DNA of 64,000 nucleotides from Phoronis australis. Taxonomy: Eukaryota; Animalia; Phoronida. Each line of letters starts with the position of its first letter. The first letter of the stretch is position 1. The translations under genes and the position numbers were made by a program. Below the pieces are notes generated by a model. That model saw only the letters and a list, made by a program, of their open reading frames with translations. It was not told the DNA's origin and did not search any database. Positions 61,701-64,000 of this stretch are shown here, piece by piece. Where the stretch lies: assembly GCA_002633005.1 (NCBI GenBank), contig NMRA01000426.1, positions 206,506 through 270,505 on the forward strand, read 5' to 3'.

Positions 61701-62503
61701 TTTGACGTTAGAAAATGTTCTTGGCACAATACATTAAGAAAAGAAGCTGCTTTGGGTTGTTTATAATTTGTCTCCAAAGTATAGATGGGGCGACTCCAGG
61801 CGTCACTAGATTTTGGTGACCTTGACAACATTGTCAAGGCCACAGCAAGAAAATCCTACGGTAAATTGAAAAATGTAATGAAATCTCAAGGTGAAAGCTT
61901 TACGTGTCCATGTTTCACATCGTGTTCTATGAGCAGCATCTCTGGACGCCAGTCGATTGTGGTGACCTTGAACTTGTTACAACAAAAGGGCGAGAAATTC
62001 AAGGAAAATAATTATTTTATAAAATAACTTAAAAATTGGAGCATCCCGACACGACGGTAAAAATGTGGTCACCCTGTCACAAATGCGTGTTTCTAAGAAC
62101 GAATTTTGGAGTGAAAAGTGTCGGCCGCAAACCATTAATTGTGACCAGGAAGTACACGAGTACCAATTTCCCCTAGTTTTGATTTTTAACTTAACAAACT
62201 CGTGATGGACACTACTACAGGTTGGTAATCTTTGATCAATTAAAATAGCGTTATCGTGCAGGTCCCGCTTCAGATGTGTTGCAAGGAGCATTACGAGAAA
62301 CGGTTTTACTGAACAGTTCTAATGTGTTCTTTCAGCTCTGTTATGGACAGCCCCGGAAATAATCCGTACGGATCCGGAGTGGAGGCCGCTAAGGGGAACA
62401 CAGGAAGGAGACATCTACAGTTTTGCCATCATTCTACACGAGATCATTTACAGGAAGGGCCCGTTTGACTGTTTAGCGAATATTGCCGACGACAAAACGA
62501 AAG
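31543..62503 (+). CDS. Receptor (membrane) guanylyl cyclase, natriuretic-peptide-receptor-like; 5' part, 16 exons, continues beyond window
   Basis: Signal peptide, ANF-receptor ectodomain ([36 protein letters not shown]), W..P.D.P.CG juxtamembrane motif, TM, WRI motif, kinase-homology domain ([60 protein letters not shown]). Phases consistent; 2230 coding nt so far. Cyclase domain not in window. Confidence 0.92.
31830..31957. repeat. ~42-bp tandem repeat (3 copies)
   Basis: gatacacgtgcgggt..tgatggcataca. Confidence 0.8.
34030..34140. repeat. 16-bp perfect tandem repeat (~7 copies)
   Basis: ctggcacaggttgtgt. Confidence 0.95.
34243..34320 (-). mobile_element. tRNA-derived SINE head / tRNA pseudogene-like Pol III promoter
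   Basis: Minus strand has an A box TAGCGAAGTGG and a B box GGTTCGAGTCC at tRNA-like spacing; no clean cloverleaf. Confidence 0.55.
35707..35864. mobile_element. ~150-bp MITE-like dispersed repeat, copy 2
   Basis: TIRs cgttcagtaacgctgggac / gtcctagcgttactgaacg; related to 1432-1580. Confidence 0.75.
37893..38192. repeat. 27-bp minisatellite (~11 copies)
   Basis: tgacagtataatgcctactaatatnta. Confidence 0.9.
38211..38290. repeat. 45-bp tandem duplication
   Basis: taatgaaggttggcgctgagata.aaca.cctagt twice. Confidence 0.8.
39702..39811 (+). CDS. rGC exon 2 (ectodomain)
   Basis: ttgtag|[36 protein letters not shown]|gtacgt, phase 2/1. Confidence 0.8.
40248..40408. repeat. 53-bp perfect tandem repeat (3 copies)
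   Basis: catcaagagcatactagaatgggacagtcatcgttgtgagccattatgtacta. Confidence 0.95.
41353..41556 (+). CDS. rGC exon 3 (ectodomain)
   Basis: tttcag|..[42 protein letters not shown]..|gtatgc. Confidence 0.92.
42621..42770 (+). CDS. rGC exon 4 (ectodomain)
   Basis: aaacag|[23 protein letters not shown]|gtaaat, phase 1/1. Confidence 0.82.
43437..43627 (+). CDS. rGC exon 5 (ectodomain)
   Basis: tcttag|[42 protein letters not shown]|gtgcga. Confidence 0.94.
44129..44239 (+). CDS. rGC exon 6 (ectodomain)
   Basis: tcatag|[37 protein letters not shown]|gtacgt. Confidence 0.85.
45349..45484 (+). CDS. rGC exon 7 (ectodomain)
   Basis: gcacag|[22 protein letters not shown]|gtaagc. Confidence 0.92.
45870..46000 (+). 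CDS. rGC exon 8 (ectodomain)
   Basis: ttgcag|[25 protein letters not shown]|gtgata. Confidence 0.92.
47355..47448 (+). CDS. rGC exon 9 (juxtamembrane Cys pair)
   Basis: tttag|[31 protein letters not shown]|gtacac. Confidence 0.9.
47886..48790. mobile_element. Non-autonomous Kolobok-like DNA transposon with THAP remnants
   Basis: TTAA on both flanks (47882-85, 48791-94), AGG...CCT termini, ~300-bp imperfect TIRs each ending in [14 protein letters not shown] (THAP-like start); internal broken frames [13 protein letters not shown] and [13 protein letters not shown]. Confidence 0.75.
49372..49471 (+). CDS. rGC exon 10 (transmembrane helix)
   Basis: ttgcag|[34 protein letters not shown]|gtaagt. 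Confidence 0.92.
49632..49713 (+). CDS. rGC exon 11 (intracellular juxtamembrane)
   Basis: tgtcag|[27 protein letters not shown]|gtacgt. Confidence 0.93.
51020..51080. repeat. 21-bp G-rich tandem repeat (3 copies)
   Basis: gggcgaggggatggggcagta. Confidence 0.75.
53579..53782 (+). CDS. rGC exon 12 (KHD N-lobe), GC donor
   Basis: tctcag|[27 protein letters not shown]|gcaagt. Confidence 0.88.
54687..54791 (+). CDS. rGC exon 13 (KHD)
   Basis: tttcag|[35 protein letters not shown]|gtaggc. Confidence 0.96.
55670..55850 (+). mobile_element. Ty3/Gypsy integrase fragment (degenerate)
   Basis: [51 protein letters not shown] matches the Gypsy zinc-binding/rve junction (C..CQ...PF..V..D..GP.....GN.YIL..VDY). 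Confidence 0.8.
56264..56335 (+). CDS. rGC exon 14 (KHD)
   Basis: tcgcag|[24 protein letters not shown]|gtaagt. Confidence 0.93.
56777..57370. repeat. 68-bp minisatellite (~8.7 copies)
   Basis: tggcaaattctctaggcttttcacttacataaaatatatacatttagcgactgaagttaaatctatac. Confidence 0.95.
57413..58874. mobile_element. ~1.46-kb non-autonomous TIR element
   Basis: Left tagacctaattcac..cgaggctccctacgata pairs with right tatcgcagggagcctcg..gtgaattaggtata; TA at the ends. Confidence 0.6.
59443..59608 (+). CDS. rGC exon 15 (KHD pseudo-catalytic loop)
   Basis: taacag|[41 protein letters not shown]..|gtaaga. Confidence 0.95.
59670..60057. mobile_element. ~390-bp MITE-like element
   Basis: cgaacttaac/gttaagttcg outer and cagcggagcgtcga/tcgacgctccgctg inner inverted repeats. 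Confidence 0.55.
60210..60965. repeat. 23-bp minisatellite with degenerate flanks
   Basis: ttactcatcgcacagcctacaaa core (~60630-60900); aattactcttcactcagcccata-type units upstream. Confidence 0.9.
62336..62503 (+). CDS. rGC exon 16 (KHD C-lobe)
   Basis: tttcag|[35 protein letters not shown]..|gtagtc. Confidence 0.95.
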
Positions 62504-62644
62504 GTAGTCAGACGAGGTTGCCATGTTTTCTTTCCGATACAGCGAAGCTCATGCTGCATTGCGCGAATATAATAGATTCAAATGCGGAACTACAATTAAA
62601 TTTCTTCCTCTTTAGGCTTACGCTAATCACAATGATGGTATTCG

Positions 62645-63690
62645 AACCCTTACTATTGGCTGCAGAACACTGAGGCCGCCTGGTTATTGAGCCCTTACTA
62701 CTGGCTGCAGAACACTGAGGCCGCCTCGTTATTGAGCCCTTACTACTGGCTGCAGAACACTGAGGCCGCCTTGTTATTGAGCCCTTACTACTGGCTGCAG
62801 AACACTGAGGCCGCCTCGTTATTGAGCCCTTACTACTGGCTGCAGCACACTGAGGCCGCCTCGTTATGGAGCCCTTACTACTGGTTGCAGTACACCGAGG
62901 CCGCCTCGTTATGGAGCCCTTACTACTGGCTGCAGTACACCGAGGCCGCCTCGTTATGGAGCCCTTACTACTGGCTGCAGTACACCGAGGCCGCCTCGTT
63001 ATGGAGCCCTTACTACTGGCTGCAGTACACCGAGGCCGCCTCGTTATGGAGCCCTTACTACTGGTTGCAGTACACCGAGGCCGCCTCGTTATGGAGCCCT
63101 TACTACTGGTTGCAGTACACCGAGGCCGCCTCGTTATGGAGCCCTTACTACTGGTTGCAGTACACCGAGGCCGCCTCGTTATGGAGCCCTTACTACTGGT
63201 TGCAGTACACCGAGGCCGCCTCGTTATGGAGCCCTTACTACTGGTTGCAGTACACCGAGGCCGCCTCGTTATGGAGCCCTTACTACTGGTTGCAGTACAC
63301 CGAGGCCGCCTCGTTATGGAGCCCTTACTACTGGTTGCAGTACACCGAGGCCGCCTCGTTATGGAGCCCTTACTACTGGTTGCAGTACACCGAGGCCGCC
63401 TCGTTATGGAGCCCTTACTACTGGTTGCAGTACACCGAGGCCGCCTCGTTATGGAGCCCTTACTACTGGCTGCAGTACACTGAGGCCGCCTCGTTATGGA
63501 GCCCTTACTACTGGTTGCAGTACACCGAGGCCGCCTCGTTATGGAGCCTTACTACTGGCTGCAGTACACCGAGGCCGCCTCGTTATGGAGCCCTTACTAC
63601 TGGTTGCAGTACACCGAGGCCGCCTCGTTATGGAGCCCTTACTACTGGCTGCTGAACATTGAAGCCGCCTCGTTATGGAGCCCTTACTAC
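62645..63690. repeat. 45-bp intronic minisatellite (~23 copies)
   Basis: gagcccttactactggttgcagtacaccgaggccgcctcgttatg; near-identical units, no spacers. Confidence 0.95.
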
Positions 63691-64000
63691 GGGATGGCTT
63701 TCTTTCCACAAACTACGCCCGACAAAACTTTAACCATGCAAAAACGATCCTGCTCACGGAACCTGACGTCCCATCACAAACTCGCACGTTTCCCACAAGC
63801 AAAAAAGTGTAGCGTTCACCGTAAAGATATTCTTTTGCCAAGAAAGTTTTTACGATGCATGACAAGTGTTTTGTAGAGATTTGCAAAGGATGCAGTTAGT
63901 CATATGTGTTTTGTGGCCCGTGGCAAAGATTTGATTTTCTCAGTGCACCAGACTACAAAAAGTTCACTACCATGTCTGACTGATCACGCCACCTACATTG

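Noticed and set aside
61640-61980. ORFs around repeated ggtgaccttgac motifs
   Set aside because: Short dispersed repeat motif, probably from an interspersed element; not needed in the rGC model and boundaries cannot be defined
62645-63690. CRISPR array or 322-aa repeat protein
   Set aside because: Units are contiguous with no unique spacers and no cas genes; the context is a eukaryotic intron; the ORF follows from a stop-free 45-bp unit

Overview
Intron-rich, AT-rich eukaryotic DNA, most likely from an invertebrate animal; nothing prokaryotic (no operons or CRISPR). I reconstructed two divergently transcribed multi-exon receptor genes by hand from splice sites and reading-frame phases. (1) Minus strand, ~25.9 kb to ~3.1/2.2 kb: a latrophilin/Cirl-type adhesion GPCR with signal peptide, an unusual low-complexity N-terminus, HormR domain, GAIN/GPS with an intact HL|T site, a full 7TM and a short tail (~975 aa, 16-17 exons). 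(2) Plus strand, 31.5 kb to past the window end: a receptor guanylyl-cyclase-type gene (natriuretic-peptide-receptor-like ectodomain, TM, kinase-homology domain). 16 exons are visible; the cyclase domain would lie beyond the window and is not seen. The introns hold many minisatellites, MITE-like inverted-repeat elements, a Kolobok-like THAP element with TTAA TSDs, a tRNA-derived SINE-like head and a Gypsy integrase relic. The most notable oddities are the head-to-head aGPCR/rGC pair, a KHD lacking the VAxK lysine, GC-AG introns, tandem repeats derived from splice junctions, and a transposon whose two TIRs each carry a THAP start. I found no firmly supportable novel system. Most ORFs in the six-frame track are spurious.
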